In this document: positions 1 through 11,081 of the stretch, piece by piece
Layout of the letters: the number at the start of each line of letters is the position of its first letter
How positions within the stretch are numbered: the stretch's first letter is position 1
NCBI GenBank assembly: GCA_041654415.1
Contig: JBAZDL010000003.1
Location: 151,601-215,600, forward strand
Direction: 5' to 3'
Length of the DNA stretch: 64,000 bases
DNA from: Sulfurovaceae bacterium
Lineage (GTDB): Bacteria; Campylobacterota; Campylobacteria; Campylobacterales; Sulfurovaceae
Notes under the pieces: generated by a model
Told to the model about the DNA's origin: nothing
The model's database searches: none
Seen by the model: only the letters and a program-made list of their open reading frames with translations
Position numbers and translations under genes: made by a program

Positions 1-2560
1 CCATCATCTTCATCATTTCTTCTTCGGTATACTTGCCTGACTCCATCTCAGAATCAAACATGATAAGAGCCAAAATTTGCTCTCTTGTTAACTTTGGAGT
101 TGAAGAGAAATTAACCAATGGATTTCCCGGAGTCCCTGCTATATTTACTCTGATTGTATGATTTGGGGCTCTGTATGTAGCTTGAAGATCTAATTGCGGC
201 CTATTGGCATCTCCTGTAAAATATATATGACTTGTTTCCGCATTGAATCTTTTACCCCCAAAAATATAGTATCCTCCTCGTGGTATAGTAACCAAACCAA
301 AAACCATCAAAGGCTCATTTGCTAATTTTTCCAAACTCAAATCCAGTGTGGAATTAAAACTGGAATCACTTTGATTGTATCTTAATGGTGCTTTTGATAC
401 TACTTTAACCGAAAGTGATAAATTGTCTATAAATGACGGCGAAGTTTTTTGTTTTAAGTCTTGAATAATAATAATATCACTATCACTAGGAAATGTTTTT
501 TGACCAAAGTAGTACAATATATCTCCATCAAGGACAACAATATTGCCTTTGATATTAACATGATCATTGTCCACGGTAGCCAATAGTGATGCGTTAAGCT
601 TCACGGATGCAACTTCATGTGGAATAAGCAAATTATTTGCATTGATATTAAAATTTCCTTTTTTTGTAATGATGTTATACGTACCGTCTACTTTGGCTTG
701 ATCATTTACCCACAATGGACCCAGTTTAACTATTCCTTTATTTATATCAATAACTGACTGTTTGGTGCTAAAATATTTAAGTTTGTCATACACAAAATTA
801 TAATTGTCAACACGAAAAACTGACTCTGCAAAACTGAGCTTGGCGCTTAACTTTTCTATTGGTTTTTGATCTCTTGAGACTTCTCCAAAATATATTTTAG
901 ACGAAAGGAGGGAAATATCACCTTTTTCAAGATTATTGATAGTAGCATCAACGGATAAATCTCCGCGCAATGGCGGAGGCGTATAATTAACAAATTTATT
1001 CAAAGCAGCCAAAGCATTTTCTATAGATGTTGTATTTGATTTTATTTTTAATATGCCCGTTGTGCTGCCTGTTATCTCACTTTGCAGCTCTCCTATGGAA
1101 AATGTACCGTCTAATGTTTTTGGTGTATTGGCATATCTTAATTTAGTTGATAACTCTTTGGCAACAATATCTATATTGGTATAGTCTTTTTCTAGTCCGA
1201 TATTGACTTTTGAGCCAGACAGTGCATCCCACTTGATAGTTGGGTATAGCGTTCTAAGAATTGAATTTTGAGGTATGTTTGCTAATGCATCAATGGTCCA
1301 GACAGTTTGATCATTTACTATTTTTCCTGTTGCATCTATCAAGTCTGATTTAAACTCAGTATCAAATGTAGTAAAAAATGGTGATTTAAAACTAACCGGA
1401 GCTTTAATTGACGCAATACCTTTGACATTTTCAATATCTTTTGGCAGTTCAAACCACTCTTTGATCGGCATTTGTTTTTTAGACTCTGCGGTGAGCATGC
1501 CGCCTTTAAAACCATCTGATTTAAATGATCCTTTAAAATCCTTGGTATCTATAGTTGCATCAAAACTATTTTTATCTCCTTTGTATATTACTTTTGTATC
1601 GGTTAAAACTTGAAGTAATTTAGGATGCAAATTTGTCGTATTTTTAGCATTGGCAGTGCCTTGATAAGTTGTATTTTGATCTTCGTCTACAAAGACCTTG
1701 CTTGTTAGTAAAATACGAGGTGCATAATGACTCTTGGCAACAGCATTTGAAGTAATTGTAGTTTTTTCTGTTTTTGAGCTATAAAAGACTTCGGAATTTA
1801 ATGATAAAACATCCAAATTACCGGTAGTATTTATATCTTTAAATATCTTATTGCCTTTCGTACGAGCCAACACGGTAAGTCCACGCTTTGAGACATTAAA
1901 ATCATCTATAATTGCATAATTTACCTGCTTGGCATCAATTGGTATATGATATCTATCATAATATATTTGATTTACCGTGAGATCTCCGCTTCCTTTGAAA
2001 TCCATACCGCCTACCGCTTGGGCTTTGAGATTTATCTTGCCGTAATTTAGATCTGTTTTAAAATCAATATAGCCTTTTTTAAAACTATTAGCGTATAGAT
2101 CAAAAAAGATACCATCTAATTTTGCTTCCATACGATTAAATATATAATGCTTATAAGCATAAGATGTAGTTGTTATGTTGCCTTCTTGTATGATCAAATC
2201 AAAATCAATCTTTTCTTTTGTTGTATTTGTATCAGTCTTAAACGACTTAATGAGTGCAGTTAGATTTGTTATATTAAGATCAGAAATAGCAACAGAGTGT
2301 AAGACGATCTTTCTTTCGAGCAATGATAATGGACTCCATCTCACATTTAAATTGGTCGCTAATGGTTTCTTGTCATATGTTATTTGCTTGATATTTACAC
2401 CTTTGAGCAAATCTCCTGTCATGGACTCATATATAATTTTATGGGATTTTAGCCAATCATGTGTCAATTTCTCTACAACAGCAGGCGTGTTTGCCAATAC
2501 GGTAAAAAGTACCATTAAGACAACCACCAACACCATTCCTAAAAATAATATTTTCTTCAA
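1..2560 (-). CDS. tamB: TamB-like translocation/assembly module protein (N-terminal ~853 codons; continues beyond position 1)
   Basis: Minus-strand frame runs from TTG at 2560 (TTGA overlap with the upstream gene's stop) towards the window edge. It is absent from the ORF track because it has no stop in the window. N-terminus KKILFLGMVLVVVLMVLFTVLAN looks like a signal anchor. Spot-check at 2-58 reads ...FDSEMESGKYTEEEMMKMM with no stop, while the other two minus frames have stops there; the interior was not translated. It lies directly downstream of an Omp85-family gene, as in tamAB. Confidence 0.6.
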   Translation of the reverse strand, partial: MKKILFLGMVLVVVLMVLFTVLANTPAVVEKLTHDWLKSHKIIYESMTGDLLKGVNIKQITYDKKPLATNLNVRWSPLSLLERKIVLHSVAISDLNITNLTALIKSFKTDTNTTKEKIDFDLIIQEGNITTTSYAYKHYIFNRMEAKLDGIFFDLYANSFKKGYIDFKTDLNYGKINLKAQAVGGMDFKGSGDLTVNQIYYDRYHIPIDAKQVNYAIIDDFNVSKRGLTVLARTKGNKIFKDINTTGNLDVLSLNSEVFYSSKTEKTTITSNAVAKSHYAPRILLTSKVFVDEDQNTTYQGTANAKNTTNLHPKLLQVLTDTKVIYKGDKNSFDATIDTKDFKGSFKSDGFKGGMLTAESKKQMPIKEWFELPKDIENVKGIASIKAPVSFKSPFFTTFDTEFKSDLIDATGKIVNDQTVWTIDALANIPQNSILRTLYPTIKWDALSGSKVNIGLEKDYTNIDIVAKELSTKLRYANTPKTLDGTFSIGELQSEITGSTTGILKIKSNTTSIENALAALNKFVNYTPPPLRGDLSVDATINNLEKGDISLLSSKIYFGEVSRDQKPIEKLSAKLSFAESVFRVDNYNFVYDKLKYFSTKQSVIDINKGIVKLGPLWVNDQAKVDGTYNIITKKGNFNINANNLLIPHEVASVKLNASLLATVDNDHVNIKGNIVVLDGDILYYFGQKTFPSDSDIIIIQDLKQKTSPSFIDNLSLSVKVVSKAPLRYNQSDSSFNSTLDLSLEKLANEPLMVFGLVTIPRGGYYIFGGKRFNAETSHIYFTGDANRPQLDLQATYRAPNHTIRVNIAGTPGNPLVNFSSTPKLTREQILALIMFDSEMESGKYTEEEMMKMM

Positions 2561-4293
2561 AATGACTGTCCCAATTGAAATTGAATGTTATATTGTGATA
2601 TATCATGCACATTAGCGCCAACATCTACTTTAAGCGGACCTACGGGGGTTAAGTATCTAATCCCAATACCTGCCGAGCTAATAATATCACTATAAAAATC
2701 GTAGCTTTTTGCATTTATCATGGTATTGTCGGTAAATACGGCTCCGTAAATATTATCTTTGATAGGATAGTTCAGTTCAAATGTAAGATTTGCCATACTC
2801 AAGCCGCCTTCGACCGAATGTTCAACAGGAGAACTAATGACACCTATTTCATTGTATCCATATGCCCTGTTGCTAAAAGAGCCTCCTCCAAAAAATAGTT
2901 TTGATTCCGGCAAGAGATTAGATATCATTTCTATTGTACCCATCTTGCCTACTGCTGCAAAAGTAATATTATTCCATGTGTAAATACCTCTAGCTTCAAA
3001 AAGCATTTTAACATAATCGCTGGCATCAGCACTATATGGTATGCCATATTCCAAATAACCGGAGAGATAATATCCGTTTTTTGGATTCAATCTATCATCT
3101 CTGGCATCATAAGTAACCTGAAGGTACGGATAATATAGTAAAAAATTTCCATATATAATACCAGGCTCAGGTGCGTCCAAAACTGATATATTGATATTTT
3201 CTGCAGACAATCCTGCTTTAAGAAAAAGTTTATCGAATTGATAAGCTGCAAATGCTTTTAAATACTCTTTTTCTTCCTTAAAGCCTTCATACTCCAAATT
3301 AGAATATCCGCCATTAAGACCAAGGTCAAAATAGTAATTTTTATAATTGAATAACGATGGCCTAAAAAAATCAATATCATACAGCTGCTCTTTGGTAGAA
3401 TAATTACCTGTCAGAATGAGTTTTTGGGCATTGCCAAAAAAGTTTCTCTTAACAAGCTGTGCTTGAACCCTGGGTCCTGCATAACTATCATATCCTACAC
3501 CGCCACTAAAATAGTATGGATTTTCTAATAACATAAGAGTGATATCGACCGGAACGACATTATATATTTTACGATCTGCATTTATAAGAATACTATCAAA
3601 TGCCTCTAGATCTTCTAGCCGTTGATAGGTTGCCTTGATCCTCTCTGTGCTAAATTGCTCACCCTTGAGCGCTTCTACTCGTGAAAGTACTACACTATGG
3701 CTGACCTCGTCTGCTCCTTTGATGGTAGTATCACCAAATGTACAGATCTCTCCTTTTCTGAGTTTATATATCAAATCGGCCTTGTGGGTTTCAATGTCTA
3801 CATATGCTTTTGTATCTAGATCGTAACTGCAATAGCCATCTGATAACAATTTGGCAATAATTGCATTTTTGCTTTCTACAAATTGTTTTGGCTTGAAAAT
3901 ATCTCTCTCTTTATACTCAATAAAAGGAGTAATGTCATAATCGCTTTCTATCAAAATGGAAGAGATTTTTACAGGTTCATTTTCGCTTATTAGGATTCTA
4001 ACGGAACTGTTATTTTCACCTATAGTATATGTAGCATTATAATAACCCTCTGAGTCAAAAAAGCTTTTTAATGTCTGGGGCAATGTTTTGATAAGCTCCG
4101 TATTGATACGCGGTGTACTATCTTTCCAAAATCTAAACCAATCTCTTGTCTTTACGTCCAGTGCTTCTTCTATCTCGTCAATAGAAATTTGAGTTGCACC
4201 CAAAATCTCTATAGTCTTTGTTTCTACTTGCACATCTTCTTGGGCTACGACAAGTAAAGATACAGCACAAAAAACAAAAACTATATTACGCAT
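2557..4293 (-). CDS. tamA: Omp85/TamA-family outer membrane protein (POTRA + surface-antigen beta-barrel)
   Basis: 578 aa with signal peptide MRNIVFVFCAVSLLVVAQ. Long Gly/Tyr-rich beta-barrel-like C-terminal half ending in an aromatic residue (...QFQLGQSF). Paired with the large downstream TamB-like ORF. Confidence 0.7.
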   Translation of the reverse strand: MRNIVFVFCAVSLLVVAQEDVQVETKTIEILGATQISIDEIEEALDVKTRDWFRFWKDSTPRINTELIKTLPQTLKSFFDSEGYYNATYTIGENNSSVRILISENEPVKISSILIESDYDITPFIEYKERDIFKPKQFVESKNAIIAKLLSDGYCSYDLDTKAYVDIETHKADLIYKLRKGEICTFGDTTIKGADEVSHSVVLSRVEALKGEQFSTERIKATYQRLEDLEAFDSILINADRKIYNVVPVDITLMLLENPYYFSGGVGYDSYAGPRVQAQLVKRNFFGNAQKLILTGNYSTKEQLYDIDFFRPSLFNYKNYYFDLGLNGGYSNLEYEGFKEEKEYLKAFAAYQFDKLFLKAGLSAENINISVLDAPEPGIIYGNFLLYYPYLQVTYDARDDRLNPKNGYYLSGYLEYGIPYSADASDYVKMLFEARGIYTWNNITFAAVGKMGTIEMISNLLPESKLFFGGGSFSNRAYGYNEIGVISSPVEHSVEGGLSMANLTFELNYPIKDNIYGAVFTDNTMINAKSYDFYSDIISSAGIGIRYLTPVGPLKVDVGANVHDISQYNIQFQLGQSF

Positions 4294-4358
4294 TATTATC
4301 CAACCAATTACAATTATTCTTAATGAATATTCTAATCAGCCATTGTGAACTATTTGTG

Positions 4359-5603
4359 TTATGCACGAATTTGACCATTGCCATAAATTTTATACTTGTA
4401 TGTCGTAAGCTCATTAATGCCCATTGGACCTCTAGCATGAAGTTTATTGGTTGATATGCCCACTTCTGCTCCAAACCCAAACACGGAGCCATCTGTAAAA
4501 CGGGTGCTTGCATTGACATATACGCAAGCAGCATCTATTTGATCTAGAAAATATTCTGCAATTGTGTAATTTTCAGTTACTATAGCCTCTGAATGGCCTG
4601 AACCAAAACGTCGTATATGCGCTATAGCTTCATTAACACCATCTACCATCTTGATGTTTAATGTATTTGCTAAATATTCCGTATCGAAATCAACTTCGGT
4701 AGCTAGTTCCATATCAACGATCTCTTGAACTTCAGGGTCGCCTTTGAGTAGAGTCCCTTTATCCACAAAAGCATCATAAAGGTCTAATAATATATCTTTG
4801 GCAATATTTTTATCCAATATAAGTGTCTCCATGGCATTGCAAACTCCTGGTCTTTGGCACTTGGCATTTATTGCAATTGCTATAGCTTTTTGTTTATCAG
4901 CGTCGTTATGGATATATACATGGCATAATCCTTTGTCGTGTTTGACTACCGGCACGGATGAATTTTGAGAGATAAAACGAATGAGTGCTTCTCCGCCTCT
5001 TGGCACTACTAGATCTACGTATCTATCCATTTTTATAAGATTTGCAACGCCTTCTCTTGAGCTGTCAGGAAGCAAAGAAATAATAGCTTTAGGCAAATTA
5101 TTTAATTCCAAAACTTCTTGGAGTATGGTCGCTATGATGCGGTTGGAATATTCAGCCTCTTTACCGCCCTTGAGTATCGCGACATTACCGCTCTTAAAAC
5201 ACAGTGCACCTACATCAGATGTTACATTTGGGCGAGATTCGTAAATGACGGCAACAACGCCTATAGGAACAGATACTTTTTCTATGCGTAAATTATCATC
5301 ATTTACCCAGCCTTCCAACACTCTGCCGACCGGTTCTTTTAAAGATGCAATTTCACGTAATGAAGTTGCCATAGATTTGATACGTTTTTCATCCAAAAGC
5401 AATCTATCTAGCATAGCACTATCTAGTCCACTCTCTCTGCCAAGATTCATATCTTTATTGTTTTCATCAATAATACGAGATTTGTTATTTTCTATGGCAT
5501 CGGCCATTTGCAACAATATGTGATTTTTTTTCTTACTTGAAAGTGTTGCTATGATAGGTGCACAATGTTTTGATTGTTGTAAATATGACTCCATAGTCAT
5601 CAT
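4359..5603 (-). CDS. proA: gamma-glutamyl phosphate reductase
   Basis: 414 aa. Aldehyde-dehydrogenase-like, with ProA-typical stretches (VIYESRPNVT, CNAMETLIL, STRFTDG). Confidence 0.9.
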   Translation of the reverse strand: MMTMESYLQQSKHCAPIIATLSSKKKNHILLQMADAIENNKSRIIDENNKDMNLGRESGLDSAMLDRLLLDEKRIKSMATSLREIASLKEPVGRVLEGWVNDDNLRIEKVSVPIGVVAVIYESRPNVTSDVGALCFKSGNVAILKGGKEAEYSNRIIATILQEVLELNNLPKAIISLLPDSSREGVANLIKMDRYVDLVVPRGGEALIRFISQNSSVPVVKHDKGLCHVYIHNDADKQKAIAIAINAKCQRPGVCNAMETLILDKNIAKDILLDLYDAFVDKGTLLKGDPEVQEIVDMELATEVDFDTEYLANTLNIKMVDGVNEAIAHIRRFGSGHSEAIVTENYTIAEYFLDQIDAACVYVNASTRFTDGSVFGFGAEVGISTNKLHARGPMGINELTTYKYKIYGNGQIRA

Positions 5604-5690
5604 CCTTGATTATAAAATATGATTTTTATATATTATGACATATAGCTATGAAGTATTAGCTTATGGACACCTCTAAAAAACCCTAGATAC

Positions 5691-6401
5691 TCATACGATC
5701 CAAGATGCAATAAAACCTATAAGTCCTCCAAAAACTCCGCCCCACACCACAAGCCATCCGAGATGCTCATCGATGAGTGTTTTTACAAGCTCTTTGATCA
5801 TTTGCGGCGTCAACTCATCTAATCTTTTTGATACTATATTGTCTATAGAGCATATAAGATCATCTTGAAGTGAACTTTTTTGTAAATGTTCTTGTAAATT
5901 TTCATGAAATGCTTGTGATTTTACCAAAGATATCAGTGCTGCTTTTAACTTCTCGTTGAATGACTCTTTGTATGAATCAATCAGGCTTTCGCCACCAAAC
6001 ATGGAGAGCATTCCTCCTATTTTTGACTCCATTACAGTTGCTTTCACGGCTTCAAATGCAGGGGAAAGATCAGCTCTTTCTATCATAGGAGATAGATCTA
6101 TTTTCATCTCTTCGTTCGTTAAAAAATTTTGTATATTTTGTTGGCTAAAAAATTGCTCCATGACCATCTTGCGAATTGAGCTTTTAAAGGCTTCAAAATT
6201 TTGCTCTATCACACCGGAGCCATACAAAAGCGGCACCCTTTCGAACAGCATATAAATTGCCAGCCAATTAGTAAGCGCACCGGAAAGTGCATACAAACCG
6301 GTATTTAATGTATGTTTATATAAAAATGGCGGCATGACAAACGATATGGCTATAAATAAAATTGCTACAATATTTGTTATAAGAGATTTCGATATCTGCA
6401 T
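5691..6401 (-). CDS. DUF445-family membrane protein
   Basis: 236 aa with TM segments at both ends and the GALTNWLAIYMLFERVP motif typical of DUF445. Confidence 0.55.
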   Translation of the reverse strand: MQISKSLITNIVAILFIAISFVMPPFLYKHTLNTGLYALSGALTNWLAIYMLFERVPLLYGSGVIEQNFEAFKSSIRKMVMEQFFSQQNIQNFLTNEEMKIDLSPMIERADLSPAFEAVKATVMESKIGGMLSMFGGESLIDSYKESFNEKLKAALISLVKSQAFHENLQEHLQKSSLQDDLICSIDNIVSKRLDELTPQMIKELVKTLIDEHLGWLVVWGGVFGGLIGFIASWIV

Positions 6402-6522
6402 TTGAATCCTAAACTATTAATTTATACCGTAATTTTATCATAACGGCGCTATAAAAGTGGTTTTAAATGATGTTTGGCTATAATAAAAGCCATTTAATTA
6501 TGTGACAAACACAAGGAAAACA

Positions 6523-7956
6523 ATGCGATTTGAAACAGTCATCGGACTTGAAGTACATGTACAACTAAATACAAAATCTAAAATTTTCTGCTCCTGCCCT
6601 ACCAGTTTTGCAGAACATCAAAACAGCAATACTTGCCCAGTATGTCTAGCTTTGCCTGGCGCATTGCCGGTGCTCAATCTTGAAGCAGTCAAAAAAGCTA
6701 TGCTGTTTGGAAATGCGGTTAATGCCACAGTCAATCAAAAATCCATATTTAACCGAAAAAGTTATTTTTATCCTGACAGTCCTATGGCTTATCAAATTTC
6801 TCAATTTGATATTCCAATAGTAGAACATGGCGAACTTTTCGTTGATCTCGAAGACGGTTCCACCAAAAGAATAGGAATTACCAGAGCTCACTTAGAAGCA
6901 GATGCTGGAAAAAATATCCATGATGGAGCCATTTCAAAAGTAGACCTAAACCGTGCTGGAACCCCATTGCTTGAAATCGTAAGTGAGCCTGAAATGAGAA
7001 GCAGTGAAGAGGCCGTAGCATATCTTCGAAAACTTCATTCAATAGTAAGATATCTTGATATCAGTGATGCAAATATGCAAGAAGGGTCATTTCGCTGCGA
7101 TGTCAACGTATCTATACGCCCTGAAGGCCAAGAAGAATTCGGCACCAGAGTAGAGATAAAAAATATCAACTCATTCCGTTTCGTAGCTGCAGCAATAGCT
7201 TATGAAGTTGCAAGACAAACAGAAGCTTACGAGGATGGTATATACGAAAGTGAAGTTTATCAAGAAACTAGACTGTGGGATGTAGCAAAAAGTGTAACAA
7301 AAAGCATGAGAGGCAAAGAAGACAGCGCTGATTATCGTTACTTCCCGGATCCTGATCTCAGACCCGTGCTTGTAAGCGAAGAGATGATGGAAGAAGCTAA
7401 ACACATACCGGAACTTCCTGATGCAAAAGTAGCAAGATATACGCAAGAACTTGGTATTAAAAAAGATGATGCTTTAGTAATTACAGCGCTTAAAGAGATG
7501 GCATACTATTTTGAAGAGATGCTGACAAACAACATAAATCCAAAAAGTGCAGTTACTTGGCTCACTTCCGAACTGCTTGGTAGACTAAATAAAGCCGGGC
7601 TTGACATAACGACATCACCCGTTGATGCTGCTACTCTGGCAACACTTATAAGTAAAATAGAAAGTGACGCGGTTTCCGGAAAAGGCGCAAAAGACGTACT
7701 TGACTTTATGATGGAAAATAATGAGCGAAATATTGACACTATTATTGATAAATTAGGCCTTGCTCAAGTAAGCGATGATGGAGCAATATTGGCTATCATC
7801 GAGGCTGTATTGAATGATAATCAAGATAAAGTAAATGAATATAAAAGTGGTAAAGATAAATTATTTGGATTTTTTGTAGGAGAAACTATGAAACGAAGCA
7901 AGGGCTCGGCAAATCCGGCCAAAGTCAATGCTTTACTCAAAGAAAAACTAGCTTAA
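6523..7956 (+). CDS. gatB: Asp-tRNA(Asn)/Glu-tRNA(Gln) amidotransferase subunit B
   Basis: The ORF track frame starts at 6502 (GTG). The internal Met giving [17 protein letters not shown]...IFCSC matches the canonical GatB N-terminus. The conserved C-terminal YqeY-like tail is present. Confidence 0.93.
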   Translation: MRFETVIGLEVHVQLNTKSKIFCSCPTSFAEHQNSNTCPVCLALPGALPVLNLEAVKKAMLFGNAVNATVNQKSIFNRKSYFYPDSPMAYQISQFDIPIVEHGELFVDLEDGSTKRIGITRAHLEADAGKNIHDGAISKVDLNRAGTPLLEIVSEPEMRSSEEAVAYLRKLHSIVRYLDISDANMQEGSFRCDVNVSIRPEGQEEFGTRVEIKNINSFRFVAAAIAYEVARQTEAYEDGIYESEVYQETRLWDVAKSVTKSMRGKEDSADYRYFPDPDLRPVLVSEEMMEEAKHIPELPDAKVARYTQELGIKKDDALVITALKEMAYYFEEMLTNNINPKSAVTWLTSELLGRLNKAGLDITTSPVDAATLATLISKIESDAVSGKGAKDVLDFMMENNERNIDTIIDKLGLAQVSDDGAILAIIEAVLNDNQDKVNEYKSGKDKLFGFFVGETMKRSKGSANPAKVNALLKEKLA

Positions 7957-7965
7957 AGGCATAAT

Positions 7966-9492
7966 GTGTTTTCAAAGTATATAGTCAAACTGGCTTTTGG
8001 GTTGCACAATTCCAACAGATACAACAATACCAAAAAGTTTTTTTATGACATACTTGAAAATCAAAATTATAGTTATAAAAAAATTGTTGATCTTTTTTTA
8101 ATTATTTTAATATTATCTTCAATTGTAGAATTGATATATAGTATCAAAAATAGTGTACCTATGTGGATGCATATATTCGATTACTATATTGTCACTATTA
8201 TCTTTGGAACAGAATACATATTAAGACTATGGATACATAGCGATATCCATAAGATAATCATCAGAGAATACGAAACATCACAATTTCTAAAATCAAAATT
8301 TAATTTTTATACAACACTGCTGAAAGTTTTAAGTGAAAAATGGGACTATATCAGATCTCCTGCTGCCATTATAGATCTCATAGCGATTATTCCTATCTAT
8401 AGAGAATTTAGAATTCTACGTATATTTAAATTACTTAGATACACCAAGAGCATCGGGCAATTTATAGATGTCCTTAAAACAAAACGCTTTGAGCTTATGA
8501 CTCTTTTTTTACTTCTAATATTTCTCATAGGAACTGCCGGGGTTGCAATGTATGCGGTAGAGGGAAATATCAATAAAAATATCAATTCCCTTTTTGATGC
8601 AGTATACTGGGCACTAATCACTACTTCTACGGTAGGATACGGGGATATTGCTCCAGTAACTACAATGGGTAGAGTAATCTCAATGATCACAATAATTAAC
8701 GGTTTGGTACTAATGGCATTTGCTACGTCAGTGATCGTGTCGGCATTTTTGGACAAATTGGGTGAAATAAAAGATAATAGAATTATAGAAACCATTAACA
8801 AAGAAGATAAATTTGTCATAATATGCGGTTATGGACAAATGGTTAAAATGCTTCTTAGACAAAATAATTTTGACAATAAATATGTCATACTGGAAAAAGA
8901 CCCCGAAATTACACGTCAGATTGCCAAAGACGGCTTCAATGTCATAACCGATGATGCAAGCAGACATGATGTGCTAGCTCAATTTAATATCCAATATGCC
9001 GATATATCAGTGTTGTGCCTGGGAAATAACGACGTAGAAAATATATATATCATCTTAAATGCAAAAAGTTTATCCAGAGATATCAAAGTCATCGCAAGGG
9101 CAAGTGATCAATCAATGAAAAAAAAGTTTATTCTAGCAGGGGCTGATCACATTATCATACCAAATCAAACAGCAAACATAATGTTGTTGACTTCCATAAA
9201 CCAACCTGTTGTTTATAATGTTTTACATTCCCTGCTTGCAGGAAAAAATGCCGCATACTTAGATGAAATTAAAGTGCTGGCATATGATAAACTGGCAGGC
9301 AAAAGCATAGAAGAGTTAGAATTTAAAACCAAAAAATTATTACTAATTGGCATACAAAGGCAAAGCAGCAGTGATTTTATATTTAACCCACCAAGTTCAA
9401 CAATTTTGGAGCCAAATGATATTTTACTTATCATGGGTTTAAAAATCAGCGTTGAGCATTTTGTCAATACATTTCAACGGGGTTTAAAGTGA
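7966..9492 (+). CDS. voltage-sensor-type K+ channel with C-terminal RCK/TrkA domains
   Basis: S4-like REFRILRIFKLLRYTK, K+ selectivity filter TTSTVGYGD, then a Rossmann-like VIICGYGQMV and a TrkA-C-like tail. Confidence 0.8.
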   Translation: MFSKYIVKLAFGLHNSNRYNNTKKFFYDILENQNYSYKKIVDLFLIILILSSIVELIYSIKNSVPMWMHIFDYYIVTIIFGTEYILRLWIHSDIHKIIIREYETSQFLKSKFNFYTTLLKVLSEKWDYIRSPAAIIDLIAIIPIYREFRILRIFKLLRYTKSIGQFIDVLKTKRFELMTLFLLLIFLIGTAGVAMYAVEGNINKNINSLFDAVYWALITTSTVGYGDIAPVTTMGRVISMITIINGLVLMAFATSVIVSAFLDKLGEIKDNRIIETINKEDKFVIICGYGQMVKMLLRQNNFDNKYVILEKDPEITRQIAKDGFNVITDDASRHDVLAQFNIQYADISVLCLGNNDVENIYIILNAKSLSRDIKVIARASDQSMKKKFILAGADHIIIPNQTANIMLLTSINQPVVYNVLHSLLAGKNAAYLDEIKVLAYDKLAGKSIEELEFKTKKLLLIGIQRQSSSDFIFNPPSSTILEPNDILLIMGLKISVEHFVNTFQRGLK

Positions 9493-10193
9493 AAAACAAA
9501 AAACACGCATGGATATTTGGCTATAACAAACAATCTAAATCTATAGCCGCATCTTTATTAGCTGAACATTTTACAATTACGATCATAGAAAATAATGAAA
9601 AAAATTTTCAAAATGCCATGCTTGACGGCTATGAAAATAGTATGCTCTTAGATGTCACAGAAGACTTGGAGCTTGAAAAGCTTGATATAAAGCAAGATGA
9701 CTGGATATTATGCTTGATGAATGATGAGCATCTAAACGCTTATCTTATACTCTCTTTGCGCGCGTATTGTGCTTGCAATAAAATTATTGCTATATCCCAC
9801 TCAATTTATTCGACTCAAAAACTTAAAATAGCAGGCGCAAACGAAGTTATAGATATCTATCAAGTAAGTGCAAATAGAATTCATAATATATTTGAAAAAC
9901 CAATTGCTACAAAATTAATGGACAATTTCATATCTGACGCACATCAAATCTCATTCAAAGAATTTACTATTCCAAAGAATTCTTTTTTGCACGGCACAGT
10001 TATAAATGAAGTAGATTTTAACAAGTTTGGTCTCATTTTTATAGGCATGTCAGACAAAGAACTTGGTGACGAATTTGTATTTGCGGCTACAAATATAAAT
10101 CACAAACTTGACATCGGTGATATAATTATATGCATAGGCAAAGATGAAGATCTAGCAAAATTTGAAGAGTACTTACATAAGGATATTGTATGA
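9489..10193 (+). CDS. RCK/TrkA-like regulatory protein (degenerate nucleotide-binding motif)
   Basis: GTGA start/stop overlap with the channel gene. 234 aa with the TrkA-N/TrkA-C-like layout but no clean GxGxxG. Confidence 0.4.
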   Translation: MKNKKHAWIFGYNKQSKSIAASLLAEHFTITIIENNEKNFQNAMLDGYENSMLLDVTEDLELEKLDIKQDDWILCLMNDEHLNAYLILSLRAYCACNKIIAISHSIYSTQKLKIAGANEVIDIYQVSANRIHNIFEKPIATKLMDNFISDAHQISFKEFTIPKNSFLHGTVINEVDFNKFGLIFIGMSDKELGDEFVFAATNINHKLDIGDIIICIGKDEDLAKFEEYLHKDIV

Positions 10194-11077
10194 AAATAGC
10201 TATTATCGGGGCAGGTAAATGGGGAATTGCTCTTTATCATGCTTTTAGCCAAAATAATGAAGTTGTGATCACTTCTCGAACACAAAGAGATATACCAAAT
10301 TTTGTAAGCCTAGAGGAGGCACTAAAGTTTCCATATCTAGTTATGGCCATTCCGGCTCAATCTGTAAGAGGCTGGATGGAAGAAAACTTCAAAGACCATA
10401 ATCAATCCCTATTAATAGCCGCCAAAGGCATTGAGGCGACTAGCGGGGCTTTTCTAAATGAAGTATACGAATCTTTTGTATCCAAAGATAGACTAGCCTT
10501 CTTGTCTGGTCCTTCTTTTGCAGCAGAAGTGATACAATCTCTTCCCACAGCACTTGTGATAAGCTCGGCAAACCAAAAATTGGCCGGGAGATTTGTTGAT
10601 GCTATGCCAAGTTTTATAAAAGGATACGCAAGCGATGATGTAGCGGGAGAAGAGATAGCAGGAGCTTACAAAAATGTCATAGCCATAGCCGGAGGGGTTT
10701 GCGACGGATTAAAGCTCGGCAATAATGCTAGAGCTGCACTTCTAGCTCGCGGTCTTGTGGAGATGAGCCGTTTTGGAGAAACGTTTGGGGCAAAAAAGGA
10801 TACTTTTTTATCTTTGGGTGGTGCAGGAGACCTGTTTTTGACTGCAAGCTCCACGCTATCACGCAACTATCGCGTAGGTGTAGGATTAGCCAAAGGCAAA
10901 TCACTTCAAGCAATACTCGATGAGCTTGGAGAAGTAGCCGAAGGAGTGCCGACTGCGAGTGCATTGTATCATATTGCCGAAACTAATGGTATTTATCTTC
11001 CTATAGCAAAAGAGGTCTATCTGATGCTCCAAGAGGACAAAGACCCGCTTGAAAGTGTGCAGGATTTATTAAGCTAG
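10190..11077 (+). CDS. gpsA: NAD(P)H-dependent glycerol-3-phosphate dehydrogenase
   Basis: MKIAIIGAGKWG N-terminus, LSGPSFAAEV and GNNARAALLARG motifs. ATGA overlap with the upstream gene. Confidence 0.9.
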   Translation: MKIAIIGAGKWGIALYHAFSQNNEVVITSRTQRDIPNFVSLEEALKFPYLVMAIPAQSVRGWMEENFKDHNQSLLIAAKGIEATSGAFLNEVYESFVSKDRLAFLSGPSFAAEVIQSLPTALVISSANQKLAGRFVDAMPSFIKGYASDDVAGEEIAGAYKNVIAIAGGVCDGLKLGNNARAALLARGLVEMSRFGETFGAKKDTFLSLGGAGDLFLTASSTLSRNYRVGVGLAKGKSLQAILDELGEVAEGVPTASALYHIAETNGIYLPIAKEVYLMLQEDKDPLESVQDLLS

Positions 11078-11081
11078 GAAT

